From IMG/VR virus record IMGVR_UViG_3300025372_000001: DNA of 64,000 nt; one strand, given 5' to 3'. Positions 1-9,687 of this stretch are shown one piece after another (position 1 is the first letter of the stretch; every line of letters starts with the position of its first letter). A model generated the notes under the pieces. It searched no databases, was not told the DNA's origin, and saw only the letters and a list, made by a program, of their open reading frames with translations. Source of the stretch: a virus. Its lineage: Duplodnaviria; Caudoviricetes. The position numbers and the translations under genes were made by a program.

Positions 1-938
1 ACAACTAAATCTTCATTAGTATTGAAAATAATTTCATCTTCATTATGATTAGCAACATCTTTAATAGGTTTATCAGCAATCAATTTCTCTCCTAATACAA
101 TTTTATTACATTTTCCATATTTCATATTCCTAATGATGGAATTGAACATATCAACCGTTGCATTGGTCCATGCAATAACCTTGGCATGATTAGCATCCTT
201 ATCAAATGCTTCTGAACAAAAATAATGTCTCAATAAAGTATTAAGAATCTGCTTATCACCATTAAGCATCACTACTCCAGTTTTATCAACTAATTCCTTT
301 TGTCCAGGAATAAAATTAAATTTATCAGTTAAAATACTTTGGGAACATTTAATGATAGGATTTCCTGCTGCTTGACGAACAATTTGAGTCAATTGAAAAT
401 GTGAAATATTGTATAATGCTCTTTTTTCTTCAAGCATAGGAATTGCATGTGTGTGATTAACCGGATTAATCTGATTAGCATCTCCTACAAATAGAACCTT
501 GGTGCCTCTAAAATTCTGCTTTTCGATTTCATGAAATAATTCATCGGAAACCATTGATGCTTCATCGACAATAATCAAATCATAGAAAGAAAGTTTACAG
601 GGAGATTTAGCATCTTTCTTATAAATCTCTTTACCATCTTTAGTAATTAAGTGTTTAAGACCTAAAAGAGAATGTAAAGAAGAGAAATCAATTCTATCTT
701 TATTTTCGTCTTTGCACATGGCTTTTGCAACTTTAACAGCTTTATTCGTAGTTGCCGTTAGAGCAATTTTGCCGAATAGGCCATGATTAACCATATAATC
801 AACAATTAACGAACATAAAGTAGACTTACCACTTCCAGCTTGGCCAGCAAGCAATGCCATATCATTATCTCCCCTTTCAATAAAATTAATAATATTATCG
901 TATGCTTTTTGTTGGTCCTCTGTTAAGACAATATCCAT
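1..938 (-). CDS. Dda/RecD-like SF1B helicase (N-terminal part; runs off the left window edge; not in ORF track)
   Basis: Manual translation from ATG at 938: MDIVLTEDQQKAY...LAGQAGSGKST (Walker A), ALTATTNKA, IIVDEASMV (Walker B), LFVGDANQINPV, LTQIVRQ. Confidence 0.9.
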   Translation of the reverse strand, partial: MDIVLTEDQQKAYDNIINFIERGDNDMALLAGQAGSGKSTLCSLIVDYMVNHGLFGKIALTATTNKAVKVAKAMCKDENKDRIDFSSLHSLLGLKHLITKDGKEIYKKDAKSPCKLSFYDLIIVDEASMVSDELFHEIEKQNFRGTKVLFVGDANQINPVNHTHAIPMLEEKRALYNISHFQLTQIVRQAAGNPIIKCSQSILTDKFNFIPGQKELVDKTGVVMLNGDKQILNTLLRHYFCSEAFDKDANHAKVIAWTNATVDMFNSIIRNMKYGKCNKIVLGEKLIADKPIKDVANHNEDEIIFNTNEDLV

Positions 939-951
939 ACTCAACTATACA

Positions 952-1968
952 TTAATGAACACTTGGTATCAATTTATTAATATAATCTTTTACAGTATCC
1001 ACTAATCCATCTTCAATTTTAATCAATGGTTCCCATCCTAATTCCCTCTTTGATTTACTATAATCAATTAAATATGTTTTATCATAACCGGGACGATCTT
1101 TAACAAATGTCTTCAAGGTATGATAACTTTTTTCTTTGGGATGAGTTTTATCAAAATAATCACAAATAATATCACAGATGTTTAGATTGGTTACATTCTT
1201 ATTTGTTCCAAATAGATAAGACTCTCCATTCTTACCGGCTTGTATTGCTCTTATAATGCCTCTACAATGATCCGTAACATGAATCCAATCCCTTTGGTGC
1301 AGACCGTCCCCATGAAGCGGAATTTCCTGCCAATTAACGCAACTATCAATAATCTTGGGAATCAACTTCTCTGTGTGTTGTCCCAATCCATAATTATTGG
1401 AACAATTAGTCACAATAACTGGAAAATTATAGGTATTATAATAAGCCTTTGCAATATGATCTGCTGCGGCTTTTGATGCAGAATAAGGATTATTAGGATG
1501 ATAAGGAGTTTCTTCAGTAAATGCTTTTCCTCCTTGATCTTCAACTGAGCCAAAGCACTCGTCCGTACTAACTGCTATCATTTTTCCTTGAATATTTTCA
1601 TCTGTCCAATAATATCTTGCTTCTTCTAAGATATTATATGTTCCCCAGATGTTAGATTCTAAGAAAGGTTTTGGTCCTTCAATAGAATTACAAACGTGTG
1701 TTTGGGCAGCAAAATGAACAATTAAATCAATCTTATATTTGCTTAAAATTTTATAAACAACATCAGTTGTGATATTGCCTCGAACAAATTCATATCTTTC
1801 ATCATACCAAGGTTCATGAGAAGGATTAGTTGCTGCATAATTCAGAATATCTAAATTAACAACTTTATTGAATTTAATTGGTTCTTCTTTGAAAAGAAGT
1901 TTAAGAAAATTCCATCCAATAAATCCACATCCACCTGTTACCAATACATTAAATCTTTTTTGTTCCAT
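952..1968 (-). CDS. rmlB: dTDP/UDP-glucose 4,6-dehydratase
   Basis: GGCGFIG, HFAAQTHV, STDECFG, YSASK, TNCSNNYG, RDWIHV motifs; TAAATA at 1982-1987. Confidence 0.95.
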   Translation of the reverse strand: MEQKRFNVLVTGGCGFIGWNFLKLLFKEEPIKFNKVVNLDILNYAATNPSHEPWYDERYEFVRGNITTDVVYKILSKYKIDLIVHFAAQTHVCNSIEGPKPFLESNIWGTYNILEEARYYWTDENIQGKMIAVSTDECFGSVEDQGGKAFTEETPYHPNNPYSASKAAADHIAKAYYNTYNFPVIVTNCSNNYGLGQHTEKLIPKIIDSCVNWQEIPLHGDGLHQRDWIHVTDHCRGIIRAIQAGKNGESYLFGTNKNVTNLNICDIICDYFDKTHPKEKSYHTLKTFVKDRPGYDKTYLIDYSKSKRELGWEPLIKIEDGLVDTVKDYINKLIPSVH

Positions 1969-2801
1969 GAGTCTAATGTTTTATTTAGGGACTCATATAT
2001 ATCAGGTAAAGGGATACCAAGATTAATTATTTTAGAAGAATCAAGAGTACAATTTGACCTTGGTACTTTTTCAATCTTTTTAATTTCATTAATATCGTCT
2101 AATATTTCCCATTTCCTATTTTTAGGAACTAATCCTTTTTCTTTTAACAAATTAGCAATATCTTGTGCTCTAACCTTTCCAGGATTAGTTACATTATATA
2201 CCCCGTAGGGGTGTTTATTAAGATAACATTCGGTTGTTGCCCTAACAAAATCATTAATATTAGAAATAGAATTATATTGATTTGTTAATTTATCAAATTT
2301 AATTATTTTAGAAATGAAATTCTTGGGATGATCGATATAATCAAAAGGAATACGTAGTCGCCAAATATAAGAATTATCTAAATAAAAAAATTTAATACCT
2401 TTCTCTCCTCCTATCTTGGTGGAAGAATACCACGATTTATCAAAATTAGGAATATCTTCTTCATTGAAATTATCATCACCGGAATATATGCAACCGGAGG
2501 AGACATGACCGAATCCAATTCCAAGGATTTTACAAGCCCATGCAAGAGTATGAGGAAGATAAGTGTTTGCATCTAAGCAAACGTGTTTATTATCTTCACA
2601 TGCATCAACATTAGGGATTCCTGTATATCCTGAACAATTGATAACAAATGATGGATTATATTTGGAAATTAAATCAAGAATTTCTCCTTTTAGGAAATTT
2701 TCATATCGAATAGATTCTGTTTTATATGGAATATTTTTAAATTTAAAATATTCTTGGTACTTCTTTCCTACGTAACCTGTTGCGCCGAATAATAAAATCA
2801 T
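1938..2801 (-). CDS. NDP-4-keto-6-deoxyglucose 3,5-epimerase/4-reductase (NRS/ER, UER1-like; RmlD superfamily)
   Basis: GATGYVG, GYTGIPNVDACE, SSGCIY, EEDIPNF, WYSSTK, RLRIPF, KNFISKI, YNVTNPG, PRSNCTLDSSK. Confidence 0.8.
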   Translation of the reverse strand: MILLFGATGYVGKKYQEYFKFKNIPYKTESIRYENFLKGEILDLISKYNPSFVINCSGYTGIPNVDACEDNKHVCLDANTYLPHTLAWACKILGIGFGHVSSGCIYSGDDNFNEEDIPNFDKSWYSSTKIGGEKGIKFFYLDNSYIWRLRIPFDYIDHPKNFISKIIKFDKLTNQYNSISNINDFVRATTECYLNKHPYGVYNVTNPGKVRAQDIANLLKEKGLVPKNRKWEILDDINEIKKIEKVPRSNCTLDSSKIINLGIPLPDIYESLNKTLDSWNKKDLMYW

Positions 2802-2998
2802 GGGTATTTATATATAAAAGTTTTATTATTATTATTAATATCGTTATCAATAAAAGTTTTAGCTTCAGCAAGAGTCGGAAAATGAATTACTTTTAATGAA
2901 GGAGATGGCTGATAAAATTTCCATCCCCATAGAAACCATTTAATTTTATACTGAGGATAAAATTTTGATCCTTGTTGAAAAATTCTATATGAATACAT
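2798..2998 (-). CDS. small hypothetical protein, paralog of 3318-3512
   Basis: Shared YRIxQxGxxFYP start and LxEAKxxID end. Confidence 0.7.
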   Translation of the reverse strand: MYSYRIFQQGSKFYPQYKIKWFLWGWKFYQPSPSLKVIHFPTLAEAKTFIDNDINNNNKTFIYKYP

Positions 2999-2999
2999 A

Positions 3000-3314
3000 T
3001 TAAAAAATTAATGCTTTGTTTAGTTTCTTTTCTTCTATTAATTTAATTAATACTCCTCCATGACATTTATTCTCTGATTGACACCAACAAAGTAAATCTT
3101 TATCTTCTAATTCCTCTAATGAATCCCATAGTTCAGGGGTATTTCTTACTCTTTCTTCATATAAATTTAAATTTTCATCCAATGTCATTTCAGAAGTAAT
3201 TGGATTAGGATTGTGCCACTTTGACTCACTTACCCCATAAGTTACATTCTTACGTCCAATATAAATTACATTATCGGAAGGTCTAATATTATTTCTTATA
3301 TTTAAGACTTTCAT
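3000..3314 (-). CDS. DUF4326-like protein
   Basis: VIYIGR...SKWHNP...LEELEDKDLLCWC...CHGGVL. Confidence 0.8.
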   Translation of the reverse strand: MKVLNIRNNIRPSDNVIYIGRKNVTYGVSESKWHNPNPITSEMTLDENLNLYEERVRNTPELWDSLEELEDKDLLCWCQSENKCHGGVLIKLIEEKKLNKALIF

Positions 3315-3317
3315 TGA

Positions 3318-3512
3318 TTAGTAAGGGTGTATAATCTCTTTAAGATGGTATTGTTTAAGTTTGAAATGATCAATTTTATTTTTAGCTTCGTTAAGAGAAC
3401 TACATTTTACATATTCATGTTTTTCATCATCCCAGAAACGAGAATAAATTATTCCCCAATTACTCCATTCAGGATAAAAAGTATATCCTTTTTGACTTAT
3501 TCTATATTTCAT
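3318..3512 (-). CDS. small hypothetical protein
   Basis: Likely start MKYRISQKG at 3512; paralog of 2798-2998. Confidence 0.65.
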   Translation of the reverse strand: MKYRISQKGYTFYPEWSNWGIIYSRFWDDEKHEYVKCSSLNEAKNKIDHFKLKQYHLKEIIHPY

Positions 3513-3516
3513 AATT

Positions 3517-3990
3517 TTAATTAATAACACTAAAATTCTTTTGATAAACAGATTGAACCAATTTATCCACATAATCGTTCCAACTATTGTTATTTTGATG
3601 CGCTTTTATCCACTTAAACTTTACATTTGGAAATTTTTGTAATAGTTCCCATAATACTTTCCAATGTTTTGCATTAGGAATATCTTCTGTACCATTTTTC
3701 CTAGTAAAGTTCTTTGTTGCCCATTTATTAATCCAATTCAAATTAATTGCATTTACCACATAATTACTATCACACCTAATTAAAATTTCTTCATTTTTAT
3801 CAGATAATGATTGTAAGGCAGAAATAACACCTAATAATTCCATTTCATTATTTGTAGTGTTGTTTACTTTCTTAACTGATTCTCTCATTTTAATTCCAGA
3901 TTCATTAATAATGGCATAAGCATATCCACCAATATTATTTGCTCCTCTTCGATTAATATCGCATCCTCCATCTGTAAAAATTGTTATCAT
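3517..3990 (-). CDS. rnhA: ribonuclease HI
   Basis: IFTDGGC, TTNNEMELLGV, CDSNYV, FKWIKAH, NDYVDKL. Confidence 0.95.
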   Translation of the reverse strand: MITIFTDGGCDINRRGANNIGGYAYAIINESGIKMRESVKKVNNTTNNEMELLGVISALQSLSDKNEEILIRCDSNYVVNAINLNWINKWATKNFTRKNGTEDIPNAKHWKVLWELLQKFPNVKFKWIKAHQNNNSWNDYVDKLVQSVYQKNFSVIN

Positions 3991-4137
3991 ATACAACTAA
4001 TATAACCTATTCGTCAACTTATTTCCACATTTTTCTCCATCAAATTTCGTTATGGAAATTATAAAATCAGCTAATAATATTCTAATATTTTAATTATATA
4101 TTCTAATATATTAGTTACATTTTATTTCAAGGTTTGT

Positions 4138-4249
4138 TTGCGACTGTTTTCTGATTCAGTTTTAACAATGGAAATCCCTACCTTTTAAAAAAATTTTATT
4201 AATTAAAAAGTAGTAACCATTGTTAAAACTGAATCAGAACCAGAAGCAA
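4138..4249. repeat. long inverted repeat / hairpin
   Basis: Perfect 23-bp arms TTCTGATTCAGTTTTAACAATGG (4149-4171) and its reverse complement (4217-4239), with imperfect inner and outer extensions. Confidence 0.9.
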
Positions 4250-4390
4250 TATGCCACTTGTTACTTTCATCAGGGAAACCGTTCTGCATACGTAAGTCAA
4301 CCAATTAACACTTAGAACGTTTTCCTTAATCCAGACTGCAAATCCCTAAAAGCTTGTTCTAGAGTTGAGTTTATGAATGTATGCATAGAC

Positions 4391-4419
4391 AATTTAAACA
4401 AGTAAAACCAGGTTGTCAA
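4391..4419 (-). promoter_or_regulatory. sigma70-type promoter pointing into the structured non-coding region
   Basis: TTGACA-17nt-TAAATT on the minus strand. Confidence 0.55.
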
Positions 4420-4456
4420 CAATTATTTTAACTTTTTCGTCATAAATATTAGCATC

Positions 4457-4909
4457 ATGAGTTATTTTAACGAAACAATAGAAAAAATCCTTCAAGAAGA
4501 GAAAAGCCGCACAGATGCCCTTATTCTTGAGTTAAACCAAGGCAAAGGCGGAATGGCTAACCAATCAGGCACAACCACTCCAAATGCGTCAAATCCAGCG
4601 CAAATGCAAAATAGCCCTAATCCAGCAAATACAACAGGAAGTCCTAGTACAAATCCTGCTTCTTCTAACACTAATACTCCTGTGACGGCTAATTCCAATC
4701 AACCCACTGCTAATACTGGAATGAATACTAACCAAACCTCTCAAAATACAGGAAATCCACAAGAAGATGAAACAACTGAATTTAATAATTTGGTGGCAAT
4801 GCAACAAAAGAATCCGGCAATGTTCAATCAACAAGCAAAAATATTAGCAGGTGATCCTAATAAGTTTAGTCGGTTTATTGCTCATTTGACTCAACCAATG
4901 AACGGTTAA
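4457..4909 (+). CDS. late low-complexity (N/T/P/Q) protein, candidate internal head protein
   Basis: TAAATA 4443-4448; N-terminus MSYFNETIEKILQEE. Confidence 0.75.
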   Translation: MSYFNETIEKILQEEKSRTDALILELNQGKGGMANQSGTTTPNASNPAQMQNSPNPANTTGSPSTNPASSNTNTPVTANSNQPTANTGMNTNQTSQNTGNPQEDETTEFNNLVAMQQKNPAMFNQQAKILAGDPNKFSRFIAHLTQPMNG

Positions 4910-4929
4910 TTATAAATAGGATTAATAAA

Positions 4930-5610
4930 ATGAAAAAATTTCTTGCAGAATATCAAAGATTATTAACAGAAGCAGAACAACCACCTTCTCCTCCTGGAGC
5001 AAATAGTATGGGACAAGCCCCTGCTCCCAACGAAGGCGAACAAGGAAGTCAATCTGCTGATGAAGATAATTTAGATGAAGAACCTATTACGGACGTAGAA
5101 GATCGTCCTGTTTCTCCTGAAGAAATTGAATTGGCAAAATTAGCAGTAAGGGCATTATATTTTAATACTGATTCAAAAGATGTTCATCAATTTTCCCTTA
5201 AAGTAGGAGATGATCGTATTCCTTTTGAAAAGATTCCTGATTTCTATGAAGCAACTAAACAATGGAAACCAGTTATTGCTTTCGTTGAATATGTAATGGA
5301 TAAATTTGAAGGCTTTTCTTCTAAATGGACCGAACAAGATGATATTAAAGGAAAGAATATTTTAGATAAAATTAAATTGTTTAATAAGAAAGCAAAAGGT
5401 GATGAAAAATTAGACAATGGCAAAAGATTATATTGGATAAGAATTATTCTTAATTGTCTGTTACATGGAAAACCTACGGAGAATTTAACTATTGCAGATG
5501 TTAATGAGAAGAATATTAATGAAATATTTGATATGTTGAAAATGCATTATGGTATGGATACCAGAGGATTAACCCCTGGAAAAGATGTACGTGCTCCCGG
5601 TATTTTCTAG
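4930..5610 (+). CDS. late hypothetical protein, candidate internal head protein
   Basis: TATAAATA 4911-4918; N-terminus MKKFLAEYQRLLTEAE. Confidence 0.8.
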   Translation: MKKFLAEYQRLLTEAEQPPSPPGANSMGQAPAPNEGEQGSQSADEDNLDEEPITDVEDRPVSPEEIELAKLAVRALYFNTDSKDVHQFSLKVGDDRIPFEKIPDFYEATKQWKPVIAFVEYVMDKFEGFSSKWTEQDDIKGKNILDKIKLFNKKAKGDEKLDNGKRLYWIRIILNCLLHGKPTENLTIADVNEKNINEIFDMLKMHYGMDTRGLTPGKDVRAPGIF

Positions 5611-5659
5611 AATTGTCTTGAAACTGTTATTGTGGTCGGTTATTATGTAAATAACCATC

Positions 5660-6967
5660 ATGGCAACTTCAAACGAGTCCACATTACAGGTATCAAAAGA
5701 TTATATTTTTAATCCAAAAACAAATAAATATGTTTTTCAAACAGAGAAAAAGTTTGGGAGAAATTTAGTTTTTTCCAAGGACAAAATTGATACAATTATT
5801 AAGTTGTATTCAAATTTTGATAAGCAACCAGCAACGGCAGGAGAGATTGCATTAAAAATGGGTATTCCAAAAGAAACCATTGTGCATATTCTCCGTGTAT
5901 TAAAAATTACACATGATGCATTGCCCTTCTCTAAGGAAAAAATTGAAGAAGTGGAAGAAGATGTATTGGTGGAAGAAATGGCGAATTCTAAGTCATTTAA
6001 TATTCAACAGAAGTTTGAAAAGAGGGATTGGAAACAGACACAAGAAGATGCCGAGAAATGGCGGGAATTACAGTATAATGTGATTCAACCAATTGAGAGA
6101 AAATTAAGTAATTGGAATCCCCCAAAGTATATCCCGCTTAAAAAGAAAGTAACAAAGGGCAAAGTTGATATTATTTGCGCTCTCAGTGATTTACATGTGG
6201 GGGAATTTACCAATAGTGAGAAATTATTTCATGGAAGAGATTATAATAGTCAGATTGCAGAAAAGATTATTAATGATTACTGTGAGAATGTTATTTCTGA
6301 TTTAAAGGAAAAGAATCAATCGGTGGATACTGCTTATTTGTGTGTGTTGGGTGATTTTTTGCATTCGGCATTTAATGGAACTACTGCCCAAGGAACAAAG
6401 TTGACCAGTGATTTGATCAATGAAGAACTTTTTGAAAAAGGACTGAATATTTTAACTAAGTTTATTAGTAGATTTAATGAAGCCTTTCCAAAAGTGGTGG
6501 TTAAGGTCCAGCGCGGCAATCACGAGGGGGTAGTTGCATCATATATTGGATATGCTCTGCAACAATATTTTAGATTAGATAAGGCTATTGATATTGAAGT
6601 GGTTAAATCATGGGCAACCATTTTTAAAGTTAAGAAGTTAGCAGTATTAGCATTTCATGGCGGAAGTGATACATTAAAACATGCAAATGTTCCTAGACAA
6701 GATGGGCAAATGCGGTCATATATTCAGGAATTGTTTTTAGCTAAACAGAAGGATATTGCTGATTGTACTGACCGGATAGTTATTTCTGGTCATACGCATG
6801 CCTTTACTCATAAAGACATGGGATCATTTGATTTCTATGTCATGGGAACAAGTGTCATTGGAGATTGTTATGCTGATACAATGAATTTTCCTAGATCAAA
6901 GGCTAGACAAAATTGTCTTATTATTAAGGATAGTAAAGTAGCAGAAACTCTTCATTATTACTTTTAA
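5660..6967 (+). CDS. calcineurin-like metallophosphoesterase/nuclease with N-terminal HTH-like region
   Basis: SDLHVG, LGDFLH, GNHE, FHG, GHTH; TAAATA 5648-5653. Confidence 0.85.
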   Translation: MATSNESTLQVSKDYIFNPKTNKYVFQTEKKFGRNLVFSKDKIDTIIKLYSNFDKQPATAGEIALKMGIPKETIVHILRVLKITHDALPFSKEKIEEVEEDVLVEEMANSKSFNIQQKFEKRDWKQTQEDAEKWRELQYNVIQPIERKLSNWNPPKYIPLKKKVTKGKVDIICALSDLHVGEFTNSEKLFHGRDYNSQIAEKIINDYCENVISDLKEKNQSVDTAYLCVLGDFLHSAFNGTTAQGTKLTSDLINEELFEKGLNILTKFISRFNEAFPKVVVKVQRGNHEGVVASYIGYALQQYFRLDKAIDIEVVKSWATIFKVKKLAVLAFHGGSDTLKHANVPRQDGQMRSYIQELFLAKQKDIADCTDRIVISGHTHAFTHKDMGSFDFYVMGTSVIGDCYADTMNFPRSKARQNCLIIKDSKVAETLHYYF

Positions 6968-6968
6968 T

Positions 6969-7583
6969 ATGGGCGAATCGTTTAAAGAATTTTTTCTTAC
7001 CAGAAATCCTGAAATGCGAAAGATTTATCAGGTTATTCAGGAAATGTCTGCCCAGATAACTGAATATCGGGACATTCTAAAGGATAATTATGAGAATTTG
7101 GTTATTACCAAAAAAGTAGTAGAAGAAGGAGATTATATCGGCACATTTGAATGGAATCAAAATAAATTAGAGATTTATGAATATGATTTTTCGGAAACCG
7201 GGACAGACGAAAGAAAATTATTTTTTGTTTTGAATAAACAGATTACATATGTGAAATTATTTTTCTTTGAACATAAAGGCGCAGCATATATTAATGATGT
7301 AAATTCAAGGGGAGGGGATTTTAGAAGAATTGTTCCCGAAATTTATATTAGATATTTGTTGACTAGAAATGATCGTATTATTTCCGACAATATTCAGACT
7401 CGAAGCGGATTTAATATGTATCGATATATGTTGTTAGAGAAAGAACGATATGATATTGTAATGAATGTATTAGATGTACGAACAAATAAAGAGATTCCTA
7501 TTAATGACGTTACAGAATTGGAGAAATATTTCGGGGATGCAACAGAGTTTGTTAACTATAGATTTGTAATCAGAAAGAAATAA
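6969..7583 (+). CDS. hypothetical protein, possible GNAT-like C-terminus
   Basis: 204 aa; MGESFKEFF start; ISDNIQTRSGFNMY segment. Confidence 0.65.
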   Translation: MGESFKEFFLTRNPEMRKIYQVIQEMSAQITEYRDILKDNYENLVITKKVVEEGDYIGTFEWNQNKLEIYEYDFSETGTDERKLFFVLNKQITYVKLFFFEHKGAAYINDVNSRGGDFRRIVPEIYIRYLLTRNDRIISDNIQTRSGFNMYRYMLLEKERYDIVMNVLDVRTNKEIPINDVTELEKYFGDATEFVNYRFVIRKK

Positions 7584-7604
7584 TATGGGAAGAAGCATGA
7601 TAAC

Positions 7605-7949
7605 ATGGATTTAACTAATTTTACAGAATTCGATGTATTCGATTTAAATCCGAAAACTTTTAATCTCCTCACCTTAAGAGATTATAAAGAATAATTAGAT
7701 GATTATATGTTAGATGATTGTTCTAAATTGGTGAGGATTTTCAGGAAATATGATTTATTTATCAATCCTATGCAAGCCTATTTTATATGGCTTGAACGAT
7801 CCGCTGCATATAATGCAACATGGTTAATTGATATTGAAGAAGTTACTGATATTAATGATAAGAATCAAACTGATGCAATCATGCGCAGTATTATCCGCTT
7901 TACAGATTATTTGATTTATGAACCTTATAAGGAGGGTTACAATGATTGA
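7605..7949 (+). pseudogene. hypothetical gene split by in-frame TAA (7692-7694)
   Basis: ATG 7605 reads 29 codons, then TAA, then continues in the same frame as the 7707-7949 ORF. Confidence 0.5.
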
Positions 7950-8460
7950 TTTGCTATATCAATATAAAATGTGTGAGGAGAACGGCCATGATTGGAGTAT
8001 CTCATTTGAGAAAACTCAACAATGTACTAAGTGTAGAGGAATACGATTTCGTGAAAATGGGTTATCTTTTTTAGATAATTTTCAAAAATCAGCTAAAGAT
8101 GAATTGGATAAAATACTATCTAATCCTTTTCATAAAAAGTTATATAATTATATTCGCAATGACTTATCTGGTATTCTTAACGGTTTAGGAGATAAATTTG
8201 CCACTTTTGAATATAACGATTTTCTAATATCAGAAAAGTTTCAGATGAAGATGGTGGAATTATTTCAGTTAAATAATTTTCATGAACAGCGTTTTGATAA
8301 AAGAAAGTTAAAAGAAGAAATAATAGATTTTTTGATGGAATCACAGTTAAATGAAGAGTTTATTATTGGCGATAAACAAGTGTCTTTCTTTGATATTTGG
8401 CCATTTAATGATAGAGAGTTGAATTTTTTTACATATATTAAAAATAATTATGAAATTTAA
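7942..8460 (+). CDS. hypothetical protein with N-terminal Zn-ribbon-like Cys motif
   Basis: CEENGH...CTKC; AGGAGG upstream of ATG 7942. Confidence 0.7.
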   Translation: MIDLLYQYKMCEENGHDWSISFEKTQQCTKCRGIRFRENGLSFLDNFQKSAKDELDKILSNPFHKKLYNYIRNDLSGILNGLGDKFATFEYNDFLISEKFQMKMVELFQLNNFHEQRFDKRKLKEEIIDFLMESQLNEEFIIGDKQVSFFDIWPFNDRELNFFTYIKNNYEI

Positions 8461-8836
8461 TATTGATGAATTAGTAGTTTTTAGTCCTAAAGTATATGCT
8501 CCGCCATATAAACCTTATTATGATAATTATGTTGAGCAGATTTTTAAAATTGTTGCCTTTCATGAAGGGGATCATATAGAGTTAGAATGTATATCTGATA
8601 GTAATATCATTGTAAACGGTTATATTCATCCCGACGAAATTCTTAATATTTCTGATTATTTTCAGATTCTTTCCGAATATCATAATTCAGGATGGCAGGA
8701 TTTATGGTTAAATATGAGTGAATATATTAATGCTTCTAATGAAAATAAAGAAAACTTCAAAAAATCATTTACTGGAATAATCATAGAAAGAATTAACAAA
8801 TTATTGGATTATCATAATTCGATAAAAGCCATTTAA
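8450..8836 (+). CDS. hypothetical protein
   Basis: ORF track; overlaps upstream gene in operon fashion. Confidence 0.7.
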   Translation: MKFNIDELVVFSPKVYAPPYKPYYDNYVEQIFKIVAFHEGDHIELECISDSNIIVNGYIHPDEILNISDYFQILSEYHNSGWQDLWLNMSEYINASNENKENFKKSFTGIIIERINKLLDYHNSIKAI

Positions 8837-8839
8837 AAT

Positions 8840-9319
8840 ATGCCGAAAGTAATATATAATTTCCTAAAAAATGCTGATAAAATTGTTTCCCTTGCTAAAG
8901 AGCATGATTCATTATTTGTGAAACGTTCGGGAGAAGATGCCCATGCAGGATTTATTCCAGGAGTTTGTTCCCGTTTCCAAACTCTTAAAGATGAACATAT
9001 GTCTGCTGAATTAAAAGAAGCAATTTTTGATGAAGCAAATGAATGGGACGAAGATACCCGAGATTTCTGGGAATTTATTCAAATACAAAAATATGAACCA
9101 GGAGATTATATTGTTCCTCACCGGGATTCATATCGTGTTAGAAAACTTCATTTAATTACCTTGACAAGTGGTAAATTTGATGGATTAGTATGTGAGAAAG
9201 ATCAAGAACTTATTTTTATTCCAGATGAAGCAGGACAATATGTGGACTTTCCTTATACGGCAGCACATTATGTTTCCCCTGTTAAAGAGTTAAGATATAG
9301 TTTAGTTATGGGAATTTAA
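8840..9319 (+). CDS. 2OG-Fe(II) oxygenase
   Basis: QIQKYEPGDYIVPHRD (HxD), AAHYVSPV (distal His), RYSLV. Confidence 0.85.
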   Translation: MPKVIYNFLKNADKIVSLAKEHDSLFVKRSGEDAHAGFIPGVCSRFQTLKDEHMSAELKEAIFDEANEWDEDTRDFWEFIQIQKYEPGDYIVPHRDSYRVRKLHLITLTSGKFDGLVCEKDQELIFIPDEAGQYVDFPYTAAHYVSPVKELRYSLVMGI

Positions 9320-9687
9320 TGAAAATATCTAAAATATTATATACCGATGATAGGTCTTATACGGCTGCATTCAGTCTCGCCCATAAAAGAATATTTGCTA
9401 ATGTGGAAAATATTATATTGAATGGGCAGTACGGATTTACCTTTAAATCGACTATAAGACATGAGTTAATTCATTATCTTCAAGATAAAAAAGGTTACGA
9501 TTTACATCATCCTTTAATATTATTTGGATGCGAATTTGTTGCGAATTGGAAATCACAGAGGAGAGAGCGAGATATATTTTATAGGGTGAAAAATATACCA
9601 AACTATATAGAACGTTCCATGCTATCCTTTTCATACGTCTATAAAAGGGCAGGAAAACTAAAAAGGTTGTTTAATTTAAAATCATGA
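9319..9687 (+). CDS. small HExxH (zincin-like) protein
   Basis: TIRHELIHYLQ. Confidence 0.55.
   Translation: MKISKILYTDDRSYTAAFSLAHKRIFANVENIILNGQYGFTFKSTIRHELIHYLQDKKGYDLHHPLILFGCEFVANWKSQRRERDIFYRVKNIPNYIERSMLSFSYVYKRAGKLKRLFNLKS

Noticed and set aside
4267-4273. CUGAUGA (hammerhead core) on the minus strand
   Set aside because: No GAAA and stems in a geometry that gives stems I-III; the nearby GAAA is locked in a simple hairpin.
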